DNA of 14,869 nucleotides from Clostridia bacterium (lineage in GTDB: Bacteria > Bacillota > Clostridia > Christensenellales > Aristaeellaceae), in the NCBI GenBank assembly GCA_024404275.1, contig JAKSQG010000027.1, forward strand, positions 1 to 14,869. Direction: 5' to 3'. The notes beneath the pieces were generated by a model. That model saw only the letters and a list, made by a program, of their open reading frames with translations. It searched no databases and was not told the origin of the DNA. This document shows, one piece after another, positions 1 to 6,520 of the stretch. Each line of letters opens with the position of its first letter. Position 1 is the first letter of the stretch. Position numbers and translations under genes: made by a program.

Positions 1-1833
1 AACAAAACGCTGGCGGCGCAGCTGTGCAGCGAGTTCCGCGCTTTCTTTCCCGACAGCGCGGTGGAGTATTTTGTTTCTTATTACGATTACTATCAGCCCG
101 AGGCGTACATTGCCTCGACGGATACCTATATTGAAAAGGACTCGTCCATCAATGAAGAGATCGACCGCCTGCGCCACAGCGCCACGGCGGCACTGCAGGA
201 ACGGCGCGATGTGATCATCGTGGCGTCGGTCAGCTGCATCTATTCGATGGGTGACCCGAGCGAATACCTGGGGCAGATGATCTCGCTGCGCCCGGGCATG
301 GCCATGAACCGCGAGGAGCTTTTGCGGCAGCTGGTGGAGATCCAGTTCGGCCGCAACGATATCGGCTTCTCACGCGGTGAGTTTCGTGTGCGCGGCGATA
401 CGGTGGAGATCATGCCCGCCAGCATGATGGACAACGCCATCCGCGTGGAGTTCTTCGGGGATGAGATCGATCGCATCAGCGAGTTCAACCCCGTGACCGG
501 CAAGGCAACGCATACCCTGCAGCATGTATCGGTCTATCCCGCCACGCATTACATGACCAATGCCGCCGAAAGGGAAAAGAACATTGCCGTCATTGAGCAT
601 GACATGCATGTGCAGGCGGAAATGTTTGAAAATGAAGGAAAGCCCTTGGAGGCGGAGCGCATTCTGCAGCGTACGCGGTATGACATCGAGATGCTGCGGG
701 AGATCGGCATGTGCAGCGGTATTGAGAATTACAGCCGCTATTTTGATGGACGTCAGCCGGGGGATCCGCCGTTCTCACTGCTGGACTACTTCCCAAAGGA
801 TTTTATCTGCTTCATTGATGAGAGCCATCAGACCATACCGCAGATCCGCGCCATGTTCAACGGCGACAGGATGCGCAAGAGCGCGCTGGTCAATTATGGC
901 TTCCGCCTGCCTTCGGCGTTTGACAACCGCCCGCTGCGCTTTGATGAGTTTGAAGAGCGCATCGGTCAGACAGTGTTTGTATCGGCGACGCCCGGTCCTT
1001 ACGAGGCGGAGCATTCGCTCAGGACGGTGGAGCAGCTGATCCGCCCGACGGGTCTTCTCGATCCGAAGATCATTGTGCGTTCCGCAAAGGGACAGGTGGA
1101 TGATCTGTTGGGCGAGATCCGTGAGGTGACGGCAAGACATGAAAGAGTGCTGGTGACGACACTGACCAAAAAGATGGCGGAGAGCCTGACAGAATACCTG
1201 GAGGATTCCGGCGTCAAGGTGCGTTATCTGCACAGCGATATCCATACGATGGACCGTATGGAGCTGATACGCGATCTGCGCCGCGGCGCGTATGATGTGT
1301 TGGTGGGTATCAACCTGCTGCGTGAAGGTCTGGACATTCCCGAGGTATCGTTGGTGGCCATTCTGGATGCCGATAAAGAAGGCTTTTTGCGCTCCGAGAC
1401 CAGTCTGGTGCAGACCATCGGCCGTGCGGCGCGAAACGCTTCTGGACGGGTCATCATGTATGCGGATGTGCTGACAGACAGCATGACAAGGGCCATCTTT
1501 GAAACGAACCGCAGACGATCCATTCAGGAGGCGTACAACACTGAGCATGGCATTACGCCGCAATCGGTACAGAATGCCATCCGTGCACTGCTGGAGATCA
1601 CGGACGCAGCGGACAACGAAGCTGAACGCGAAGAGGGCGTCAGCGACGAGGAGAAGGCACAGCTCATCCGCGATCTGGAGGACAAGATGCTGGATGCTGC
1701 CGGCAGCCTTGACTTTGAAAAGGCGGCAAAGCTGCGTGATCAGCTGTTTGCGCTGAAAGGACAGGCCCCTGCCGCCCGCCCGCAGCCGCAGCACCGCAAG
1801 CGCCGTGAGTATTACAAGCACGGCAAATCGTAA
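1..1833 (+). CDS. uvrB: Excinuclease ABC subunit B (UvrB), 5' end truncated by the window edge
   Basis: Frame 1 is open from base 1 ([36 protein letters not shown]...). It carries the DESH box ([11 protein letters not shown]), helicase C motifs ([17 protein letters not shown]) and a C-terminal UVR domain ([13 protein letters not shown]). It ends in TAA at 1831-1833. Confidence 0.97.
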   Translation, partial: NKTLAAQLCSEFRAFFPDSAVEYFVSYYDYYQPEAYIASTDTYIEKDSSINEEIDRLRHSATAALQERRDVIIVASVSCIYSMGDPSEYLGQMISLRPGMAMNREELLRQLVEIQFGRNDIGFSRGEFRVRGDTVEIMPASMMDNAIRVEFFGDEIDRISEFNPVTGKATHTLQHVSVYPATHYMTNAAEREKNIAVIEHDMHVQAEMFENEGKPLEAERILQRTRYDIEMLREIGMCSGIENYSRYFDGRQPGDPPFSLLDYFPKDFICFIDESHQTIPQIRAMFNGDRMRKSALVNYGFRLPSAFDNRPLRFDEFEERIGQTVFVSATPGPYEAEHSLRTVEQLIRPTGLLDPKIIVRSAKGQVDDLLGEIREVTARHERVLVTTLTKKMAESLTEYLEDSGVKVRYLHSDIHTMDRMELIRDLRRGAYDVLVGINLLREGLDIPEVSLVAILDADKEGFLRSETSLVQTIGRAARNASGRVIMYADVLTDSMTRAIFETNRRRSIQEAYNTEHGITPQSVQNAIRALLEITDAADNEAEREEGVSDEEKAQLIRDLEDKMLDAAGSLDFEKAAKLRDQLFALKGQAPAARPQPQHRKRREYYKHGKS

Positions 1834-1847
1834 AGGAGCCTGACAAG

Positions 1848-2789
1848 ATGAAAGTCTATCTTCCGCAGGATATGGATGCCGCGGGCAAGGAATACCTGAT
1901 TGAACGCGGCTATGAAATCAAGATGGGAACGGGTACAACACCCGAGATCATGGCAAAAGAGATCGTGGATTGTGACGCGGTCATTGTGCGTGTGGCACAG
2001 TTTCCTGCGTCTGTGATCAACGCGGCGCCGAAACTCAAGGTAATCGGGCGGCACGGTGTCGGTACGGATAACATCGATGTGGCGGCGGCGACGGCACGCG
2101 GCATCCGTGTGACCAACGGACCGTATTCCAATACAGAATCGGTGGCTGAACATGCCGCGGGGATGATTTTAGCGTTGGCGCATCGCATTCCGCTGCTCAA
2201 TGATGCGGTGCGTGAGGGCAACTGGGGCATTCGTAATTCGCCGATCGGCATGAGCGATATCAAAGGCAAAACACTGGGGTTGGTGGGTTCGGGACGCATT
2301 GCCCTGTCGCTAGCGGAGAAGATGCATTTCGGGTTTGGCATGAAGGTCATTACCTACGGCACACGCCATCCCGAACGGCTGCCGGAATATGTGACGATGG
2401 CGGCATCGTTGGAGAGCCTGTTTGCAGAGGCGGACGTGGTGTCGCTGCATTGCCCGCTGACGGAGGAGACCCGTCTGATGGTGAATGCCGAATTGCTGAA
2501 CCGGATGAAGCCGACGGCGCTGCTGGTCAATACTGCCCGCGGTGAAGTGGTGGATGAAATGGCGCTGTACGAAGCGCTGAAAAACAAGAAGATCACCGGA
2601 GCGGCGGCGGATGTGGCGGCGGGGGAAGTGATGGATAAGAATCATCCGCTGCTGACACTGGATAACTTTATCGTGTCGCCGCACTGTGCCTCCCATACGC
2701 GGGAGGGGAAGATCAACATGGCGGTGCATGCTGCGATGGGCGTGGATGAGGTGCTCAGCGGCAAGGAACCGACCTGGCCGGTCAACTGA
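1848..2789 (+). CDS. NAD-dependent D-isomer-specific 2-hydroxyacid dehydrogenase (phosphoglycerate/hydroxypyruvate reductase-like)
   Basis: 313 aa. It has a GxGxxG NAD fold (GLVGSGRIALSLAEK), the conserved NTARGEVVDE motif and a catalytic His region (SPHCASHT). An AGGAG RBS lies 8 nt upstream of the ATG. The stop is TGA. Confidence 0.9.
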   Translation: MKVYLPQDMDAAGKEYLIERGYEIKMGTGTTPEIMAKEIVDCDAVIVRVAQFPASVINAAPKLKVIGRHGVGTDNIDVAAATARGIRVTNGPYSNTESVAEHAAGMILALAHRIPLLNDAVREGNWGIRNSPIGMSDIKGKTLGLVGSGRIALSLAEKMHFGFGMKVITYGTRHPERLPEYVTMAASLESLFAEADVVSLHCPLTEETRLMVNAELLNRMKPTALLVNTARGEVVDEMALYEALKNKKITGAAADVAAGEVMDKNHPLLTLDNFIVSPHCASHTREGKINMAVHAAMGVDEVLSGKEPTWPVN

Positions 2790-2790
2790 T

Positions 2791-3096
2791 ATGGAAGTAC
2801 AGGGAAAAGCAATGGACAATGCAGCTGCGATCGAAAGAATCAAGGCAATGGAACAACGGTTTGACAGTGCGTTGAAAGCAGCGGCGGAGCTGGATGAAGC
2901 GATTGAACGGTTCAAAGATTCTGCAAAAGACGTGGAAGCGTTGATTGCTTATTATGAATCCGATGCGTGGCGCAACGATTTTGAGGCGGACGCGGAAGGA
3001 AGATTTCCGGCCAACCTGAAACGCGGCGTTTTGTCAGAGGATGGTATTTATAACCTGCTGACGGATTATCAAAGACTGAAGGAAATACTCGTCTGA
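2791..3096 (+). CDS. DUF4298-family small protein
   Basis: It has the YYES..W..DFE.D..G..P..LKRGVLSEDG.YNLL signature that I recognise from DUF4298 proteins. I chose the ATG at 2791, just after the upstream TGA; the ATG at 2812 is an alternative start. The stop is TGA. Confidence 0.75.
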   Translation: MEVQGKAMDNAAAIERIKAMEQRFDSALKAAAELDEAIERFKDSAKDVEALIAYYESDAWRNDFEADAEGRFPANLKRGVLSEDGIYNLLTDYQRLKEILV

Positions 3097-3129
3097 GGGC
3101 TTGCTCCAGATGAAAGGGGGTTCATCGGT

Positions 3130-3612
3130 GTGGAACTGTGGGATGCTTATGATGGGGATTTTAACAAGATTGAGAACATGACGCTGGTCCGAGGTGAAAG
3201 CATACCCAAAGGGGTTTTTCATTTGGTATGTGACGTGATCGTGAAGCATAGTGATGGAACCTTCCTGCTGATGCAGCGGGACTTTCGTAAGCATTATGGA
3301 GGCCTGTGGGAAGCAACCGCCGGCGGTTCGGCTTTGCAGGGAGAAGATGCCGAGACCTGTGCAAGAAGAGAACTGCGGGAAGAAACGGGCATCGCGGCGG
3401 AACATCTGGCTGAAGTGGGGCGTGTGTGGAAAGACCAGACGATCTATACAGAGTTTTTGTGTGTGACAAGCTGTGCGAAAGACAGTGTGACGCTGCAGGA
3501 AGGGGAAACCGTTGCCTATCGTTGGGTGAGCCGCGATGAATTGATTGAGATGAAAGAGGATGAACTGGTAACACAAAGGATGCAGACCTTTATTGAAGAG
3601 CTGCAGCGGTAA
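3130..3612 (+). CDS. NUDIX hydrolase
   Basis: Nudix box GGSALQGEDAETCARRELREETGI (Gx5Ex7REUxEExGU). It starts at GTG, preceded by GAAAGGGGG. The stop is TAA. Confidence 0.9.
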   Translation: MELWDAYDGDFNKIENMTLVRGESIPKGVFHLVCDVIVKHSDGTFLLMQRDFRKHYGGLWEATAGGSALQGEDAETCARRELREETGIAAEHLAEVGRVWKDQTIYTEFLCVTSCAKDSVTLQEGETVAYRWVSRDELIEMKEDELVTQRMQTFIEELQR

Positions 3613-3632
3613 ACGGACTGCGAAGGAGAAAA

Positions 3633-3896
3633 ATGAGCACGAGATCACATTTTATGTGCAGCCTGATCCATAACGGTGTGCTTGGCGGTGGGTTGACGCC
3701 GGATGAGAAGGGCGTTACCTTCAGAACCGGCAAGGTGACCGTTGACGCATAATACAGAAACCTCGTCATCGACAGGGGCGAAATCCGTTCACTCACGTGG
3801 AAAGGCGTGATGGCGGTGTTTGCCATGAAGAACAGGGAAGAATACCGCTTTTTGATTGTCAATAAGCGGCGGTATGTGAGAAATTACGAAGGATAA
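3633..3896 (+). pseudogene. Small PH/GRAM-like domain protein interrupted by an in-frame TAA at 3750-3752
   Basis: A GAAGGAG RBS sits at 3622-3628 and the ATG at 3633. The frame reads MSTRSHFMCSLIHNGVLGGGLTPDEKGVTFRTGKVTVDA*YRNLVIDRGEIRSLTWKGVMAVFAMKNREEYRFLIVNKRRYVRNYEG and ends in TAA at 3894-3896. Both halves are in the same frame and each is under 60 aa, so neither appears in the ORF track. The bacterial PH-like assignment comes from remembered sequence patterns only. Confidence 0.45.
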
Positions 3897-3915
3897 ACAG
3901 AAGACAATCATTTTG

Positions 3916-3950
3916 AAGATGAAGTGCGATGCATTTCATCTTTTTGTTTG
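3916..3950 (+). terminator. Rho-independent terminator after the uvrB-to-PH-like gene string
   Basis: Stem AAGATGAA (3916-3923) pairs with TTCATCTT (3935-3942) and is followed by TTTGTTTG. Confidence 0.6.
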
Positions 3951-3956
3951 ATAAGC

Positions 3957-3976
3957 ATTTAGAAAAATATCTAAAT
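3957..3976. promoter_or_regulatory. Palindromic operator copy 1 (ATTTAG-N8-CTAAAT)
   Basis: ATTTAG at 3957-3962 and CTAAAT at 3971-3976 form a perfect inverted repeat with an 8-nt spacer, just upstream of the -35 element. Confidence 0.55.
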
Positions 3977-3981
3977 ACCTA

Positions 3982-4010
3982 TTGACAGAGATCAAGCATT
4001 GATATATAAT
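3982..4010 (+). promoter_or_regulatory. Sigma-A type promoter for sdpR/sdpI
   Basis: Consensus -35 TTGACA (3982-3987), a 17-nt spacer and consensus -10 TATAAT (4005-4010), about 50 nt upstream of the sdpR ATG. Confidence 0.7.
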
Positions 4011-4030
4011 ATTTAGGCAGTCATCTAAAT
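4011..4030. promoter_or_regulatory. Palindromic operator copy 2 (ATTTAG-N8-CTAAAT)
   Basis: ATTTAG at 4011-4016 and CTAAAT at 4025-4030, with the same half-sites and spacing as copy 1. It lies immediately downstream of the -10 element, 54 bp from copy 1. Confidence 0.55.
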
Positions 4031-4061
4031 AGTTGACTGATGAAACGAAAGGAGATGTACG

Positions 4062-4337
4062 ATGAGCTTCAATGAAACGATGAAGGCTCTGGCAGATCCT
4101 ACAAGACGGGCGATATTGAATATGCTCAAGGAAGGCAGCTTGCCTGCCGGAGAGATCGCCGAAAAGTTCGATATGACCGGAGCAACGATCTCCCATCATC
4201 TGTCCACGCTGAAGAAGGCGGGGCTGGTGAATGAGGAGAGGAAAAGGAACTTTATCTTCTACACGTTGAATGCTTCCGTTCTGGAAGAGATTCTGTTGTG
4301 GATCAGCGAACTGAAAGGAGAGGAAAACAATGATTAA
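4062..4337 (+). CDS. sdpR: ArsR-family winged-helix repressor, SdpR-like autorepressor
   Basis: 91 aa. FKALADPTRRAILNMLKEGSLPAGEIAEKFDMTGATISHHLSTLKKAGLV closely resembles B. subtilis SdpR (YvbA) as I recall it. A GGAG-containing RBS lies upstream. The TAA stop overlaps the start of the next gene. Confidence 0.85.
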   Translation: MSFNETMKALADPTRRAILNMLKEGSLPAGEIAEKFDMTGATISHHLSTLKKAGLVNEERKRNFIFYTLNASVLEEILLWISELKGEENND

Positions 4338-4983
4338 GATGAACAGAGAAGAAAAAAAGGAATTGGTACTGACCACGCTGGTGTGCCTGATTCCGCTGAT
4401 CGCCGGGCTTTTGCTGTATTCGAAACTGCCGGAGGAGATGGCGATCCATTGGGATGCGCAGGGCAATGTGAACGGAACCAGCAGCAAGCTGGTGGGGACG
4501 ATTGTGCTTCCTGGCATTCTGGCGCTGCTCAACCTGATCTTCCCGATGCTGCTGCGTATCGACCCGAAATATGAAAACATGAATGGCAAGCTGAAGACAC
4601 TGACCCACTGGATCATTCCTGTGACCGCGGTTTTCTGCTCCGGAGTCACGCTTGCGGCAGCGCTTGGCGTGAAGACGCATATAGAAGTAATCGCTCCGAT
4701 GCTGGTGGGTGTACTGTTGGTTCTAATCGGCAATTATCTTCCCAAGACAAAACAGAGCTACACCATGGGCATCAAACTGCCCTGGACGCTGAACAGTGAG
4801 GAAAACTGGAATCATACCCATCGTATGGCGGGTTTCCTGTAGGTCATCGGCGGTATGGTGATGATCGTCAGTGGATTCTTTTCCTTCCGCTATATCGCTT
4901 TCATTGCGATTATGGTTGTGATGGTTGCAGTGCCTACTGTGTACTCCTATCTGTATTATAAAAAAGAGAATCATGCGAAATAA
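4330..4983 (+). CDS. sdpI: SdpI-family membrane protein (DUF1648 plus SdpI domain) with an in-frame TAG at 4840-4842; a pseudogene under standard code 11
   Basis: An AAAGGAGAGG RBS sits at 4314-4323. It has an N-terminal DUF1648-like LPEEMAIHWDAQGNVNG and the SdpI core YLPKTKQSYTMGIKLPWTLNSEENWNHTHRMAGFL. After the TAG the same frame continues as a hydrophobic helix, VIGGMVMIVSGFFSFRYIAFIAIMVVMVAVPTVYSYLYYKKENHAK, to the TAA at 4981-4983. The ORF track shows only 4330-4842. Confidence 0.8.
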
Positions 4984-4998
4984 CAACTGAAACACATG

Positions 4999-5040
4999 AA
5001 AAAAAGGATCCGCGGAAGGAAATCTCCGCGGGTCCTTTTG
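4999..5040. terminator. Bidirectional rho-independent terminator between convergent sdpI and the ydcF-like gene
   Basis: Stem AGGATCCGCGGA (5005-5016) pairs with TCCGCGGGTCCT (5025-5036) with one G-U pair. An A-run lies upstream and a T-run downstream. Confidence 0.65.
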
Positions 5041-5045
5041 CAATA

Positions 5046-5654
5046 TCAGTAAGGGAGAAGACCGGCTTTCTGGCACCAGTATTTGACCCAGGCAAGCGCT
5101 TCACGGCAGTGGTTTTTGAGCCAGTACTGGGGGAGCGTGGCACTGCCGGCGCCCTGTGCGTCAAAGCCGGCATCGGCTGCAAGCGCAAGGGCACGGGCGA
5201 CATGGTAATCGCTGGTTACAATCAGCACCGAGGTGGTGCCTTCCGGCAGCATCGCCTTGGCGTTGTCGAGGTTTTCCCGGGTATTGACGGAGGTGTCCTC
5301 CATCAGGATATCCTGCGCCGGGACGCCGAGCGACAGCAGATAGGTCTTCATGGCCTGCGCTTCGGTGATGGGTTCGTTGTACCCACGGGCGCCGCATACA
5401 ACAATGGGACGGGGACGGAGGCAGTAGTGCTGATAGGCCATGTCGAGACGGTCCTTCAGCTGACGGCTTAATGTGCCGTCTTCTTTTACCTGCGCGCCGA
5501 GCACGATGATGGCACTGTCGTTATCGTCAGGGGTTGGGATGGTCCATTCCCGGATGGCGACATAGCCGACAAGGGCGAAAAAAACGACAGCAGCCAGGAT
5601 GAGCAGCAACAAAAGGGTGTGTATCAAAGGGTGTTTCCTTTCTCTTTTGGACAT
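5046..5654 (-). CDS. YdcF/DUF218-family membrane-anchored protein (SanA/ElyC-like)
   Basis: 202 aa with an N-terminal TM helix, then IIVLGAQV..DG..S..L..RLD, VCGARG..E..EA..M..YL...GV and VTSDYH..RA motifs typical of DUF218. An AAGGAG RBS is present. The stop is TGA. Confidence 0.85.
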   Translation of the reverse strand: MSKRERKHPLIHTLLLLLILAAVVFFALVGYVAIREWTIPTPDDNDSAIIVLGAQVKEDGTLSRQLKDRLDMAYQHYCLRPRPIVVCGARGYNEPITEAQAMKTYLLSLGVPAQDILMEDTSVNTRENLDNAKAMLPEGTTSVLIVTSDYHVARALALAADAGFDAQGAGSATLPQYWLKNHCREALAWVKYWCQKAGLLPY

Positions 5655-5669
5655 TGGGGCTGTGCTCCT

Positions 5670-6401
5670 TCAGTAATGATAAAGAATGGTGTTTTGCCCG
5701 GCAGTCAACGGGGAGGCGTTCCCGCTTGCATCGGGCATGAGGCCGCTGAGCAGAAAACTGAAGCTCTCGTTTTCGGCTGAGATAATGTGGTCAAACAATG
5801 TGATGCCGATGCGGCGCAGTGTTTCGTGCAATTCCAGCGTCAGCGAAACATCGGCTTCGGAGGGGGCGGCGCTGCCGCCGGGGTGATTGTGGGCGAGGAT
5901 CAACCCGCAGGCGCCGCTTTGTGTGGCGACGCTGACGATGTGCCGTGTATATACGCGTACCTATGTGGTATCGCCCGAACCGATTTGGGCTGCGCTGAGG
6001 CGTTTCATGCGCGCATCCAGACAAATGACATAGAATTTTTCGTATTTTTCCCCTTCAAACAGGGCTTCGCAGTAGCGGGCGGCGGCGGTGGGAGAAGAGA
6101 GGATCGGCGAATCCTCCTATACGCTTTTGCGGTAGGCACGGAAGAGCGGCAGCATCAGCGCAATCAGGGAGGCGGCATTGTCCCCGATGCCATCGATGGT
6201 TTGCAATTCGTCGGGCGTGGCCTGCAGTACAGCGTGGAGCGAGCCGAACCGTTGGAGCAGCGCATGGGCGATGGGATTGGTATCCCGCCGCGGGATGGCA
6301 AAGGAGAGCAGGAACTACAGCACTTCGTGCGGTGCAAACGCTTCAAGACCGGCGGTTTCAAAACGCGTCCTGAGACGCTTGCGGTGTCCTTCGTGCTGCA
6401 T
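5670..6401 (-). CDS. radC: RadC-family protein (HhH plus JAB/MPN domain) with three in-frame TAG codons; a pseudogene under code 11
   Basis: The minus-strand frame starts at the ATG at 6399-6401, with a GGAGG RBS. It reads MQHEGHRKRLRTRFETAGLEAFAPHEVL*FLLSFAIPRRDTNPIAHALLQRFGSLHAVLQATPDELQTIDGIGDNAASLIALMLPLFRAYRKSV*EDSPILSSPTAAARYCEALFEGEKYEKFYVICLDARMKRLSAAQIGSGDTT*VRVYTRHIVSVATQSGACGLILAHNHPGGSAAPSEADVSLT...DHII. The TAGs appear as CTA on + at 6315-6317, 6117-6119 and 5961-5963. The stop is TGA at 5670-5672. Confidence 0.85.
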
Positions 6402-6429
6402 ACCGGAGCCTCCTTTCGCTGATGTGTCT

Positions 6430-6458
6430 ATCATATCACACTTTATCCGATGACTCAA
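6430..6458 (-). promoter_or_regulatory. Putative radC promoter
   Basis: On the minus strand: TTGAGT (-35, 6453-6458 on +), a 17-nt spacer and TG-n-TATGAT (extended -10, hexamer at 6430-6435 on +). Confidence 0.45.
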
Positions 6459-6469
6459 CAGATTTGCGG

Positions 6470-6498
6470 TTGTTGAAACAATTCGGATATGGTAAAAT
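6470..6498 (+). promoter_or_regulatory. Putative addB promoter with extended -10
   Basis: TGgTAAAAT, with the hexamer at 6493-6498, and a weak -35 TTGTTG at 6470-6475 after a 17-nt spacer. Confidence 0.35.
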
Positions 6499-6520
6499 AA
6501 AAACACAAGGGGGCAGAATA

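Noticed and set aside
775-1821. 348-aa ORF on the minus strand, antisense to uvrB
   Set aside because: It lies entirely inside the strongly supported uvrB frame and has an Arg/Leu/Ala/His-rich, low-complexity composition with no recognisable motifs. This is a typical shadow ORF of GC-rich coding DNA.
2686-2790. Upstream extension of the DUF4298 ORF overlapping the end of the dehydrogenase gene
   Set aside because: It is an out-of-frame overlap with a well-supported CDS. The family signature starts after the ATG at 2791/2812.
3936-4733. 265-aa minus-strand ORF (and 3034-3648, 204 aa) overlapping sdpR/sdpI and the NUDIX gene
   Set aside because: The plus-strand frames have clear family signatures, RBSs and a promoter. 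These are antisense shadow ORFs.
4062-4983. sdpR/sdpI as a complete cannibalism toxin locus
   Set aside because: There are no sdpABC-like toxin or maturation genes on either side. It appears to be an orphan regulator and immunity-type pair, which is a common arrangement.
5787-6422. 211-aa plus-strand ORF across the radC region
   Set aside because: It is antisense to radC, Gly/Ala/Arg-rich and without motifs. It looks long only because the radC sense frame is broken by TAGs in the ORF track.
6422-6520. N-terminal extension of the addB ORF (MCLSYHTLSDD...)
   Set aside because: The extension has no RBS and would run through the putative promoter. The ATG at 6521 has an AAGGGGG RBS, and homology begins there.
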